A stretch of DNA of 64,000 nt from Candidatus Cloacimonadota bacterium (GCA_016838885.1 JAEKNW010000151.1:3024-67023); one strand, 5' to 3'. Shown: positions 36,515 to 46,837, numbered from the stretch's first letter. Made by a program: numbers and translations. The notes: a model not told the origin generated them from the sequence alone.

Positions 36515-39256
36515 TTATTCAAGATTAACTCTGATTTGATATAAGCTTTTAAGATCATTAACAATAGATTTATAAACTGATTTATCAATATTGAAAGCTT
36601 TCATAATTTCCATTTCAAATTGTAATCTGTCGGGTGATTCTATTTCTTCTAATAATGGTTTTCTATCTCTTACTAAGATTTTATTAAAGTGACTCAATAT
36701 TGTATCTTGCTGTTTAGTTGTAAGACAACTTGGGTTGAGCATTCTAAAATTATTTTTTATTTTCGTAGAGCTTAAGTCCAATGCTCCAAGTCCTCTACCA
36801 AATCCTAAACTCTCTATAAAAAACATACTAATAACTGAATTAAATAGAGCCAAAATCACGAGTTTACTCTTATGAGACAATTTAGTTTTTGATTTAAATC
36901 CGATTACTCGTTGATCAATAATTGATTTTTGTTCTAAATATGCCACAAATAAACTATCGGCAAAATTGATATTCATAACAAAGTCCGCAACATTATCTGA
37001 GTCCATTTGGTACCAGTCATGTTGTTTTGTTTTTAATACTTCAGGCAAAGGTTTATTTTTGCTATTTGTCATTTTAGAGAATCTATTTATCCATGACAGG
37101 GTTTTGGTGTGTCCCTTTTTTCTTAATTCTTTTATTGAAAGATCACAACAAAATGCAAATGAATTTGGATTGCATATTAAACCTTTCGTTGTTCTAAGAT
37201 TTTTCACTAAAGGAAGCAAGTAATCTTTTTCAATATTTGGTTCATTGGTTGGATAAAATAAATCATTCCAGCCTCTTCTTTCTCCACGATAAATATCAAA
37301 TAGTTCATGAGCGTAAATCAAGTTCTTTTGGATTTCATTGAACCATTCGATATTGACAAAGAAACTTGACCAAGAAAAACCATTATTTTCAAGAAATTCC
37401 AAGTTATCCTTGCTTCTTCTAATTATTCTTATTTCATTTGACGATTTGTTTAAGAGTATTTTTTCTGATAAGTCTTTCAGGCTTAAATATGTTTCAATAG
37501 GTTTCAGCAAAGTGCAAAAACTGATAAATCCAGAATTAGTGTTGTTGTTTTTCTTTGTAGCAATGAGTATACAGGTTACGATATCCGCATTACCAAACCA
37601 TCTTTTACTCCCAGAGATGATTAGTTTATCTATATCATAAAATAACTGAAATAATTCGATAAATTGTGAACCATAATCAGTGCCTAACCAAGCATTTGAC
37701 AAAATTAATCCTATACGACCGGAATCTTGTAAAAGTTTATGGATAGAAAATATAATATAGATATAGAAATCCGACCTTCTGTTAAATCTATAAGGTCTGT
37801 GTATATGATTCTTTATATAAATTTCTATCTCGCTAATATTGCTATTCTCATAATCAATATCCCCATTATTAATAAAAGGGAGATTGGAAATAATTGCACC
37901 TATTTTGGGTACTTCTTTTTTTACTATTTCACCATCAAAGGGGTTTCTAAATTCAATTATTAGCCCTGCATAAAGATCAAAGACATCAGAACAATGTATA
38001 TTCATAATCTGTCCATATTGATCTAAATTTGTTAATGATAATGTACTTAATTGTATAGGAAAGAAATATTTATCAGAAGCCCAGATATTATTTATAATTT
38101 CTTGGTTGTTGATATTGTATTCTTGTTTGATTTCCATAACTTTTTTTACAATTGTTCCTGTACCACAACATGGATCCATTACAGATGATTCTTTGTCATT
38201 AAGAGTTAATCTAACAATGAGCTCTGCTATAATTTCCGGTGTTGTAAATTGACCAGCTATCCTTCTTTTACTATATTGCAAAGACTCTTCAAAGAAGGAT
38301 TGAATAATTTGAATATCAATACCTTGAATATTTATTGAGCTAAAAAAGGAGTTTAATTGTTTAATCTCAAACCATGATTCATCATCGATCAATGATTGTC
38401 CAATATGAGGTCTGAAAATATTCCAAAAATTGCAATTTAATGAAATGTAAGAAAAATAATCAATCGCTTGGGATTTTTCTGTTGTTTCTTTAATTTTTTC
38501 GATAATTAATGCTACATTAAAATATCTTTTTATTATGTTAGCAAAGATTATCTTAATAATCCAATCTGTAAGAACAATTTTACTCAAAATATTGAGTTTT
38601 TCATCATCCTCACCAAAAGAGAAACCATACTCATAAGAAGTATCGCTCCACCAATGATTTATCTCTGCTTCCAGAATACTATTTTTTCTAATTTCTTTAG
38701 AAATAGAAAGTTTAGTTTCTAGAGAATTAGAAAGGACTACATCAAATATTTTTTCTATTGAAAAAAGTGAAACTAATTGCTTATTATGATTTGCATTTGA
38801 GAAAAACATGTTTAAATATTCCAGTATTTCATGCAACAACTTCTTCCAAAGATGTACATGACACTCTACATCATATCTGTCATGAATACTGTCTATTCTC
38901 CAGGATTTTCTTTCTACAAAAATATTGCCCTCTTTGTTATATAATTTACACGATTTAACATTCCATAGAATAAAACTATTTCTATTCAAAATGTTGGCTT
39001 TTAGCGTGGCATTATTAATAAATTCCAAATCATCGATAGAGGTATCTGGCATTTTTAACTCCCACCCATGCAAAATAGAACTTTTATTATTATCTTTGAA
39101 GAGCAATAAATCAGGGAATAATGTTCTTTTCTCAAAACTCAAAGAATTTTCTCCACCTGCCATTGCAATAACCCAAGATTTATTGGATAGATACTGATTA
39201 ATTTCGGTTATAACATCAATTGCCCAACTTCTTTCGTTTATTTTAATTTTATTCAC
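36515..39256 (-). CDS. Type IIG/IIL-like restriction-modification protein: N-terminal PD-(D/E)xK-like region, gamma-class N6-adenine MTase core, C-terminal TRD
   Basis: 913 aa with a GTG start. N-terminal FPD(49)LLLF...GWE(66)LK(68). MTase motifs in gamma order: GQFTTPEIIAELIV (X), VMDPCCGTGT (I), ISNLPF (IV). C-terminal IYRGERRGWNDLFY resembles TaqI/Eco57I-type specificity domains. Confidence 0.75.
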   Translation of the reverse strand: MNKIKINERSWAIDVITEINQYLSNKSWVIAMAGGENSLSFEKRTLFPDLLLFKDNNKSSILHGWELKMPDTSIDDLEFINNATLKANILNRNSFILWNVKSCKLYNKEGNIFVERKSWRIDSIHDRYDVECHVHLWKKLLHEILEYLNMFFSNANHNKQLVSLFSIEKIFDVVLSNSLETKLSISKEIRKNSILEAEINHWWSDTSYEYGFSFGEDDEKLNILSKIVLTDWIIKIIFANIIKRYFNVALIIEKIKETTEKSQAIDYFSYISLNCNFWNIFRPHIGQSLIDDESWFEIKQLNSFFSSINIQGIDIQIIQSFFEESLQYSKRRIAGQFTTPEIIAELIVRLTLNDKESSVMDPCCGTGTIVKKVMEIKQEYNINNQEIINNIWASDKYFFPIQLSTLSLTNLDQYGQIMNIHCSDVFDLYAGLIIEFRNPFDGEIVKKEVPKIGAIISNLPFINNGDIDYENSNISEIEIYIKNHIHRPYRFNRRSDFYIYIIFSIHKLLQDSGRIGLILSNAWLGTDYGSQFIELFQLFYDIDKLIISGSKRWFGNADIVTCILIATKKNNNTNSGFISFCTLLKPIETYLSLKDLSEKILLNKSSNEIRIIRRSKDNLEFLENNGFSWSSFFVNIEWFNEIQKNLIYAHELFDIYRGERRGWNDLFYPTNEPNIEKDYLLPLVKNLRTTKGLICNPNSFAFCCDLSIKELRKKGHTKTLSWINRFSKMTNSKNKPLPEVLKTKQHDWYQMDSDNVADFVMNINFADSLFVAYLEQKSIIDQRVIGFKSKTKLSHKSKLVILALFNSVISMFFIESLGFGRGLGALDLSSTKIKNNFRMLNPSCLTTKQQDTILSHFNKILVRDRKPLLEEIESPDRLQFEMEIMKAFNIDKSVYKSIVNDLKSLYQIRVNLE

Positions 39257-39273
39257 ATTCTATAATACTCACA

Positions 39274-40158
39274 CTATCTAATAACGTGATATTCTGAAAT
39301 GGGGTCTTTAAAAAAATCAATATTCATTTGTTCATAGTTATTGTTTTTCAATGTTTCCTCAATTCTATTAGTACAAATCTCAATATAATCAATTTTATTC
39401 TTTTTGTGCAATAAAGCATATTCATTTTTTTCAATTCCAATGAAATTCCTACCTTCTATCATAGCCGAAATTAAAAAACTACCACTACCACAAGCATTAT
39501 CTAATATATAATCTCCGGGGTTAGAAAACGTTCTGATCAAATATCTTCCTAATTCAATAGGCTTTTGTGTTGGATGGAATACTTTCCCCTCTGATTCAGC
39601 AGTTTTAAAGTAAACAAAATCATCATGTTGTTCGTCATCAGCAAAAGTAATTATATCAGTAGGATAACGATCCCCATTGCTTTTAACATGACGTGGTTTG
39701 AAATCTCCATAGCTTCCTGTATATTGATCTTTTCTAAAACCCTTGTCATATGCTAACCCTTGTTCCATTTGAGGATTATAGGTTGTTTGATTTTTATAAA
39801 AAACACAAATATCTTCATGTTTCCTTAATGGTTGTTTCTTTGCATTCAGAAAATTGGTAGCCTTAGATTTTATCCAAACGATTTTATATTTAAATTCTTT
39901 TGGATTACTAAGGATTAACTTAGCCGTGAACAAACCTTGTGATGTTAAAACAATAGCTCCGTTATCTTTGACTATTCGTCTATACTGGTGCCAAAGCTTA
40001 TCTAAATCAATAACTGAATCCCATTTATTTTGCGTTGTTCCATAAGGTAAGTCACATAGGACCATATCAATACTATTATCTGGGAAATTTTGCAATACCT
40101 CTAAACAATCACCTTGAATAACTTTGTTTTTAAATTTTTCTATTTTAGAAATATTCAT
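39274..40158 (-). CDS. beta-class N6-adenine/N4-cytosine DNA methyltransferase
   Basis: Motif IV DLPYG precedes motif I ILDNACGSGSFLISA (beta-class order). FHPTQKPIEL. The start is taken at MNISKIEKF (ATG 40158) because the listed ATG 40206 lies in the duplicated TTGACA element. Confidence 0.8.
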   Translation of the reverse strand: MNISKIEKFKNKVIQGDCLEVLQNFPDNSIDMVLCDLPYGTTQNKWDSVIDLDKLWHQYRRIVKDNGAIVLTSQGLFTAKLILSNPKEFKYKIVWIKSKATNFLNAKKQPLRKHEDICVFYKNQTTYNPQMEQGLAYDKGFRKDQYTGSYGDFKPRHVKSNGDRYPTDIITFADDEQHDDFVYFKTAESEGKVFHPTQKPIELGRYLIRTFSNPGDYILDNACGSGSFLISAMIEGRNFIGIEKNEYALLHKKNKIDYIEICTNRIEETLKNNNYEQMNIDFFKDPISEYHVIR

Positions 40159-40204
40159 TTTTATACCTAATATTTTTTTATTATTTTTTATACCCTGCAA
40201 AATC

Positions 40205-40241
40205 ATGTCAAGACATTTATTAATTTGGGGAAATGTTTATC
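40205..40241. repeat. 37-nt direct repeat, right copy
   Basis: atgtcaagacatttattaatttggggaaatgtttatc. 4020 bp from the left copy. Confidence 0.9.
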
Positions 40242-40249
40242 CCTTGGAT

Positions 40250-40282
40250 AAAACAGAAAGGGAGATTTTAATCTCCCTTTTT
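40250..40282 (-). terminator. rho-independent terminator after rpoD
   Basis: 10-bp stem aaagggagat/atctcccttt. The minus strand follows with TTCTGTTTT, and there is also a T-run on the plus side. Confidence 0.8.
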
Positions 40283-40306
40283 AACATCTAATCTATGTAG
40301 AACAAA

Positions 40307-42049
40307 TTAAGTTTTTAGGTTAAAGTTATTGATAAATTCTTGCAGAATGGAAGCTCTGGTAGGGTGTCTTAATTTTTTTAGAGCTTTATCCTCGATTTGT
40401 CTAATTCGTTCTCTGGTAACATTAAAGATATTTCCCACTTCTTCTAAGGTTCTATGGAAGCCATCATCGATTCCAAATCTAAGTCTGATAACTCTTTCCT
40501 CACGTGGAGTAAGGGTTTGCAGAACTTCGTCGACTTGTCTTTTAAGCAGAGATCTTTCAGCTAATCTTTCAGGTGATATAGTTGATTTATCTTCAATGAA
40601 GTCTCCTAAGATACTATCTTCAGAATCGTTTCCGATTGGTTTATCTAGCGAAACAGGTTCTTTTGAGATATTGAGAATAGATTTAACTTTATCAATAGGC
40701 ATTTCGAGTGCTTGAGCGATTTCTTCCGGGAAGGGGTCTCTACCCAGTTTTTGCATAAGCCGTCTGGAGGTACGATTGATTTTATTAATAGATTCAATCA
40801 TGTGGACAGGGACTCTGATGGTTCTAGCTTGGTCTGCTATAGCCCGGGTTATAGCTTGTCTAATCCACCATGTTGCGTAAGTACTGAATTTATATCCTTT
40901 TTTATAGTCGTATTTATCCACAGCTTTCATCAAGCCTGTATTACCTTCTTGAATGAGGTCTAAGAAGTCTAAGCCACGATTATTATATCTTTTAGCGATA
41001 GAGATAACTAATCTTACGTTAGCTTCAATCATATCGCTTTGGGCTCTCTCTTTAGTTCTTTCACCTCTTTCGATTTCTCGGAGAAGGAAGACTAATTCAC
41101 TGGCAGTCATGCGAGTTTCTAATTCAACACGGCGAATCTTTCTTTTAGCATTTTTGATTTTTCTGAGTGTTTCAACAAAGATATTAGGATCAACGTTGGT
41201 CTCAGTTCGAACTTCTTCAAATTCTTCATCAGATTTTTTTGCTTTTCTGCCATAAGAGCAGATTTCTTCGATAGAGAATTTCTTAATTCGAGTAATATCA
41301 TCAATAATTTTATTAGATTCAAGGATTCTATCGACAAGGCTTCGAACACGATAAACCAATCTTTTTATAAGTTTATCATTGAAGACGAAAGTGGAGAAAA
41401 GTTCTACGATTCTTTCGCGATTAGAATCTATTTCTTCTTGTCGGGCAGCTAATCCGGTATCATCAAAGTCCGTGTTATTAAGGATTTCACCAATAACATC
41501 GAAGCATTTCTCGATTTCATTAAGTCTAGATTTGAAAATTTCGATTATTTCATCAGGTTTTTTATTATCAAGTTCAGTTCCAAAATCTATTTTGAAGATT
41601 TGGTCTAATCTAATTCTTTTTTCTTTAAAGCGGTGTAAGAAGTTCTGCATTTCTCTAAAAGTAGAACCGGAGAGATAGACATTGCTGGTTATCATTTTGT
41701 GGTAAACTTCGATCTTTTTAGCAACTCTGATTTCGCCTTCACGGTCAAGTAAAGGGACTCTTCCCATCTCTTTTAGATACATTCTTACAGGGTCATCGTA
41801 GTATTTACGAGTTTTGAGAGTTTTTGATTTCTTCTCTTTTTTAACTTTAACTTGAGCTTTACTAACTTTATTCTCAGTTTCATCAATAACCTCAATATTC
41901 TCTTGTAGAAGATCGAAGAGAATATCATCAATTTTGTCTAGGAAAATAGGATTAGCAGGAAGAAGCTCGTTAATTTGCCTAAAGGTAATAAACCCAGCCT
42001 CTTTACCAATTTCAACTAATTTTTTTATACAATCATTATAAGTTAGCAT
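40307..42049 (-). CDS. rpoD: RNA polymerase primary sigma factor
   Basis: Regions 1.1-4 recognisable: [60 protein letters not shown] at 42049 (a TTG one codon upstream is an alternative). Confidence 0.93.
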   Translation of the reverse strand: MLTYNDCIKKLVEIGKEAGFITFRQINELLPANPIFLDKIDDILFDLLQENIEVIDETENKVSKAQVKVKKEKKSKTLKTRKYYDDPVRMYLKEMGRVPLLDREGEIRVAKKIEVYHKMITSNVYLSGSTFREMQNFLHRFKEKRIRLDQIFKIDFGTELDNKKPDEIIEIFKSRLNEIEKCFDVIGEILNNTDFDDTGLAARQEEIDSNRERIVELFSTFVFNDKLIKRLVYRVRSLVDRILESNKIIDDITRIKKFSIEEICSYGRKAKKSDEEFEEVRTETNVDPNIFVETLRKIKNAKRKIRRVELETRMTASELVFLLREIERGERTKERAQSDMIEANVRLVISIAKRYNNRGLDFLDLIQEGNTGLMKAVDKYDYKKGYKFSTYATWWIRQAITRAIADQARTIRVPVHMIESINKINRTSRRLMQKLGRDPFPEEIAQALEMPIDKVKSILNISKEPVSLDKPIGNDSEDSILGDFIEDKSTISPERLAERSLLKRQVDEVLQTLTPREERVIRLRFGIDDGFHRTLEEVGNIFNVTRERIRQIEDKALKKLRHPTRASILQEFINNFNLKT

Positions 42050-42058
42050 CAAATCTCC

Positions 42059-43780
42059 TCAAGTTAATAAATTGCTTACTATAGCAGTATCTAAGCGTAA
42101 GATTTCGTTTTTAATATTCTGTTTTTTTTCTAAAAGCTCTGTTGTAAAGCCTTCGATTTGGATCTCTTTATTTACAACATTTAAATCATTTTTCAGTTTC
42201 CGGAGTTTCATATCCTTGATAATGTGCAGGATGTCTCTTTGAGGTTGACCTAAAAGAACTAACTCAACTGCAATATTCTTTAAACTCTCTTCTTTGAAAA
42301 AATCTATGATTTGGGAATGAGTAAACAAATTAAGAAATCCCTCATTTTCTGTCAAAGTATTAAACATTTTTTTATAATTAACATCAAAAAAGTAATCTGA
42401 ATTAAGGATTTCGCAAATATTTTTTAGCTCTTCAGGGTTATTAAACATAAATTGGAAGAGTTCTTTCTCTTCGCTATGTTGCGAAAGGGTAAATCCTGTG
42501 GAAGTTTTAGGTCTTTGGACTACCTGTTGTCTTTGATTTACGGTAGCTTTCAAAGAGTTCTCATTAATTCCAAATTCCTCACTGATATTTTTTATAATCA
42601 TCTCTCTATCAATCAAATCTGATACCTTTCCAACACTTTCTAAAAGAAGTTTTATTTTATCTTTATTCTCAGCAGCCAGAATTTTAGTCTCTTTGACAAA
42701 TCTTAAAAATGGGACAGGTTGATCAATCAGCTTTTGTAAAAATTCTTTTCCTTCTTTGAGAAGAATAGAATCAGGGTCTTCTCCTTGAGGTAAGGGGATA
42801 ACTTTGGCAGTTAAGCCTAATTCAATACATTTTAAGCCACTACTAATGGTAGCTTTTCTGCCTGCTTCATCACCGTCGAAGAGGAAGTAAACGTTTTTGC
42901 TATACCTGCTGAGCAGAGAAAGTTGTTTTTCTGTAAGGGCTGTTCCTAAGGCGGCAACACAATTGGTAAAACCGGATGAGTATAATCTAAGAAAATCTAA
43001 ATAGCCCTCACAAACTATGCCATAATTTGTTTTAGCAATCTCATATTTAGTGAGGAAGAGTCCGTAAAGTTCATTACCTTTGGTGTAAAGTTCGGTTGTT
43101 GGAGAATTTATATATTTCCCACCAATATCACTATCCTCTAGTTGTCTTCCTCCAAAAGCTACAATTTGCCCGGTATAAGAATGGATAGGAAACATTAATC
43201 TGTTTCGGAAAGCATCATATTTTCCTTTATTGCTGTCCTTAAAGAGTCCACTATCAGTAATAATCTCTTCTGGTATATCTTCCCGCTTGACTTGGTTAAG
43301 AAGTCCTGTAAAACTATCAAGAGCATAGCCTATTTCAACTTTATTAGCTAACTCTGGTGATATACCCCTATTGTTTAGGTATTTATAGACTCCATCTCCA
43401 TATTCTTTAAGATTATTTACAAAATATTCATTAGCTAAGCGATAGATATTTATTAATTTAGTCTTTTTGGATTCAGCTCTTTTATCTCCAGATGTTTCTT
43501 TAACTGTGATTCCTACTCTTTGGGCTAGCTTTTTAACAGCTTCCATGAAGGTGATTTTCTCATATTCTTGGACAAAAGTGAAGACATTTCCACCTTTACC
43601 ACACACAAAGCATTTGAAGATTTGTTTCTGTTCTGAGACCATCATAGAAGGGTTTCTGTCATCGTGAAAAGGACATAATCCTTTGTAGTTTGTACCACTA
43701 CGTTTCAGTGGCACATAAGCTGAAATTACATCAACTATGTTATTACTTTCTCTGATTTGCTCTATTAAAGAGTTATCCAT
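42059..43780 (-). CDS. dnaG: DNA primase
   Basis: Zinc ribbon CPFHDDRNPSM...CFVCGKGG, TOPRIM EGYLD, and dnaG-rpoD order. Confidence 0.92.
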   Translation of the reverse strand: MDNSLIEQIRESNNIVDVISAYVPLKRSGTNYKGLCPFHDDRNPSMMVSEQKQIFKCFVCGKGGNVFTFVQEYEKITFMEAVKKLAQRVGITVKETSGDKRAESKKTKLINIYRLANEYFVNNLKEYGDGVYKYLNNRGISPELANKVEIGYALDSFTGLLNQVKREDIPEEIITDSGLFKDSNKGKYDAFRNRLMFPIHSYTGQIVAFGGRQLEDSDIGGKYINSPTTELYTKGNELYGLFLTKYEIAKTNYGIVCEGYLDFLRLYSSGFTNCVAALGTALTEKQLSLLSRYSKNVYFLFDGDEAGRKATISSGLKCIELGLTAKVIPLPQGEDPDSILLKEGKEFLQKLIDQPVPFLRFVKETKILAAENKDKIKLLLESVGKVSDLIDREMIIKNISEEFGINENSLKATVNQRQQVVQRPKTSTGFTLSQHSEEKELFQFMFNNPEELKNICEILNSDYFFDVNYKKMFNTLTENEGFLNLFTHSQIIDFFKEESLKNIAVELVLLGQPQRDILHIIKDMKLRKLKNDLNVVNKEIQIEGFTTELLEKKQNIKNEILRLDTAIVSNLLT

Positions 43781-43826
43781 TTTCTCGATCCTTTACTTTA
43801 TATCTATTATTCAAAAATATCTATTT

Positions 43827-46181
43827 TTAGTGTAATTCAACAATGGTAACCCCACTCCCACCTGCATTCTCAGGAGGAGTATGAAAAGATTTAACTATCC
43901 TAATTCTTTGTAAGTGCTGTCTAACCTTAATTCTTAAAGCTCCAGTCCCCTTACCATGCACAATCCGTAACTTCTTTAGTCCTGCTAAATTAGCATTATC
44001 AAGAAATTCGTCAATCAGAATCTTAGCTTCATCAAAAGTTAGCCCTAATACCTTTAATTCAAAAGAAGCTTTAGGTGCATGATCAGTAGAGACAAGAGAA
44101 ACCGCTTCTTGCTTCTTCTCAGCTTTTTGTCGGTGCTCAGGCAGAGTGATAATATTATCAAGGGAAGTTTTAAAGGTAATCCCATCCATATCAACAATTA
44201 CAGTAGATTTACTAATTTCCATAATATTAGCTTCAGTTTCAAAGCTTTCAACCCACACCCTCATTCCTACTTCCGGTTGATTAATCTTGCCACCCTTACG
44301 TGCGGACAGCTTTTGACTCTCAGCATTTATCTCTTGATGCTTTAGAGAGAGTTTTTTAAGAATCTTTTGACTCTTTGTCTTCCTCTCTTCTTTATCTAAC
44401 TTTTTGATGTCATCCATATCTTGATGAAGCTCTTTTTGCATATCTATTAAATATTGCTGAGCCTGTTTGAGCTGTTTTTTCTTAATCTCTTTGGCTTCCG
44501 CTTCTAATTGCAAAATCTTCTTCTTATACTCTTCTTCTTTACCCTTAAGAAGTGCTACCTGGAGCTCATGTTTATAGGTAACTTGACCTAATTTTTTCTT
44601 CTCGACTTCTAAACGTTTTATCAGGTTTGTCAGTTCAACGTTTTGGGTACCAGCCAGCTCCTTTGAACGCTTGATAATCTCTTCATTCAAACCTAAGCCT
44701 TCAGCTACATCTATGGCAAAACTATCCCCGGGTAAACCGAAAACAAATCTATAGGTAGGTTTATGCTCACGGGAATCAAATTGCATGGAAGCATTACGAC
44801 AATTCTCATTCTTTTCAGCAAAGACTTTTAAAGCTGTGAAATGGGTAGTTATTATCCCCTTGGCTGACAGTTTTTCAACCTCTTCTAGGACTGCTTGAGC
44901 TAGGGCTGACCCCTGTTCCGGGTCAGTTGATGAGCCAATCTCATCAATTAAAATCAATGTCTTTGCATTAGCATTATCTATCATCTTCTTAATCTGACCA
45001 ATATGAGATGAGAAGGTACTAAGTGAAGTCTCCAAAGATTGTTCATCACCAATATCTGCAAAAATATGTTCAAAGATGCCTATTTTACTCTCTTTATCAG
45101 CCGGAATAGGCAAGCCTGACAGCGCCATCATTGTTAATAATCCAGTTCCTTTCAAAGTAACTGTCTTACCACCTGTGTTGGGTCCTGATAAAATTAAAAT
45201 ATTGTAATTCTCACCTATCTCTAACTGAAAGGGAATAACCTTTTCTATACTTCGCAAGGTATGAATCAAAAGCGGATGTCTTGCCTCTTTTAAGGAGATT
45301 ATCGCTTCTGATACTATCCGGACTCTATTTGCTTTCAAATAATTTGAAAATGCAGCAGATGCGTAAAAGAAGTCAAATTGACCTATCAACTCGGTATTTT
45401 TAATCAAGCTGTCTTGCAAAGGAAGAATCATCTCTGTAAATTTCTTAAAAATCTTATATATTTCCTCTTTCTCAGCTTGTTTAAGAAAAGAGATTTTATT
45501 ATTCATTTCTACTATTTCAGGAGGTTCTACAAAGACAGAAGCTCCACTTGAAGAACGCTCTTGGACTACTCCCCCAACAAATTTAACCTTTCCCTCTTTA
45601 ATAGGAACAACAAATCTGTCTCCCCTAGTAGTAATTATCTTCTCTTGCAAATACTTTTCGAATTGAGGATCTTGAAGCTTACTGTTCAAGGTTCTCTGAA
45701 TACTTGATCTGGTATCCTTTTTACTCTTTCTAATTCTATTTAGCTCCGCAGATGCAGTATCTAAAACCTCACCTTCAGGTGAGAAAATCCGGTCATATCT
45801 CTCTGTTATTTCAGGATATGCCTCAAGTTCAGCAAAATAACCTTTAACTTTTTTATAGCCTTCAAAACTTGCTAACTTTCTTTTCAAATCATTACCAATT
45901 CTAATGTTGGTGATAACTAATTGAAACTCTTCAATTCCCATGATAAAACCTTTAAATTCAGAGAAGAAATAGTCCAGATTAGATAAGTCTTCTATTCTAA
46001 CTGTCAGACCTTCTTTTATCATCGATTGATAAGTATCTATCATCTCAACCTGCTCATTTATCTGGGCTATATCTGCTAATGGATGAAGTTCATCTACCTT
46101 ATCCTTACCCAAATAACTCTGGCAATGAGTCTTAATTAAATCTTTTAATTTATTAAATTCTAATTTATTGAATGAATACAT
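43827..46181 (-). CDS. mutS2: endonuclease MutS2
   Basis: Walker A GPNTGGKT, long coiled-coil region, C-terminal Smr domain LRIVHGKGTGALR. Confidence 0.9.
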   Translation of the reverse strand: MYSFNKLEFNKLKDLIKTHCQSYLGKDKVDELHPLADIAQINEQVEMIDTYQSMIKEGLTVRIEDLSNLDYFFSEFKGFIMGIEEFQLVITNIRIGNDLKRKLASFEGYKKVKGYFAELEAYPEITERYDRIFSPEGEVLDTASAELNRIRKSKKDTRSSIQRTLNSKLQDPQFEKYLQEKIITTRGDRFVVPIKEGKVKFVGGVVQERSSSGASVFVEPPEIVEMNNKISFLKQAEKEEIYKIFKKFTEMILPLQDSLIKNTELIGQFDFFYASAAFSNYLKANRVRIVSEAIISLKEARHPLLIHTLRSIEKVIPFQLEIGENYNILILSGPNTGGKTVTLKGTGLLTMMALSGLPIPADKESKIGIFEHIFADIGDEQSLETSLSTFSSHIGQIKKMIDNANAKTLILIDEIGSSTDPEQGSALAQAVLEEVEKLSAKGIITTHFTALKVFAEKNENCRNASMQFDSREHKPTYRFVFGLPGDSFAIDVAEGLGLNEEIIKRSKELAGTQNVELTNLIKRLEVEKKKLGQVTYKHELQVALLKGKEEEYKKKILQLEAEAKEIKKKQLKQAQQYLIDMQKELHQDMDDIKKLDKEERKTKSQKILKKLSLKHQEINAESQKLSARKGGKINQPEVGMRVWVESFETEANIMEISKSTVIVDMDGITFKTSLDNIITLPEHRQKAEKKQEAVSLVSTDHAPKASFELKVLGLTFDEAKILIDEFLDNANLAGLKKLRIVHGKGTGALRIKVRQHLQRIRIVKSFHTPPENAGGSGVTIVELH

Positions 46182-46184
46182 TAT

Positions 46185-46706
46185 TTAATTTATTTCCCGA
46201 TTTCTATCTAAATACTCTTGTAAATATTGATTAATATCTTTTCCTAAGACCGGCTTTAAATAATGACTGTTGATATGAGAAGATATCTTACAAACTCTAG
46301 ATTTATCTATCTCCGTCATCACTGTTTCAATATTCGCAACACTCATAAAGATTACAAACAGGGTTATCACAAATTGCATTGCTAACAAACCAAATACAGC
46401 ACCTAATATCCTGTTGAAAATGCTCAAATTTAGGCTTGTAATTATCGTCTCTATTAACTTTGTTATCACTAAAGTTATGAAGCTAATAACTAAGATTTGA
46501 CTTATAACAGATAAGACAGTAGACCATCCATAACTTAGCCCCCATGATGCAACCATCCAATCACTGATGCGAATAGTATAATTACTCAAAGAAATATATA
46601 GCAATATTCCTGTTACGAAACTCATTAAACCCCTAATAAAACCCTTATACAATCCCCATATTACCAATAATATGGTGCAAATAGTTAAAATAATATCTAA
46701 CATCAT
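46185..46706 (-). CDS. cvpA: CvpA-family membrane protein
   Basis: 173 aa, four hydrophobic helices, N-terminal DIILTICTILLVIWGLYKGFIRG pattern, conserved position next to mutS2. Confidence 0.7.
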   Translation of the reverse strand: MMLDIILTICTILLVIWGLYKGFIRGLMSFVTGILLYISLSNYTIRISDWMVASWGLSYGWSTVLSVISQILVISFITLVITKLIETIITSLNLSIFNRILGAVFGLLAMQFVITLFVIFMSVANIETVMTEIDKSRVCKISSHINSHYLKPVLGKDINQYLQEYLDRNREIN

Positions 46707-46837
46707 TATCGTACTCCTAATGATTTTTTGACTTATGCGGATGTTGATTTTTATGATTCAGTTGAATCTTATTATTGCTTAAGTAAAGTTACTGTATTAG
46801 TGTATAGGTTCTACTTCCCAGAGTCTTGAGCCTAAAT

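Noticed and set aside
36966-39197. Plus-strand ORFs antisense to the 913-aa gene (36966.., 37338.., 37739.., 38758.., 38925..)
   Set aside because: These are typical shadow ORFs in an extremely AT-rich gene. They are low-complexity and overlap a much longer coherent ORF that has MTase motifs.
40329-41678. Plus-strand and alternative-frame ORFs overlapping rpoD (40329.., 40712.., 40953.., 41119.., 41379..)
   Set aside because: They are antisense or alternative-frame shadows of a clearly conserved sigma-70 gene.
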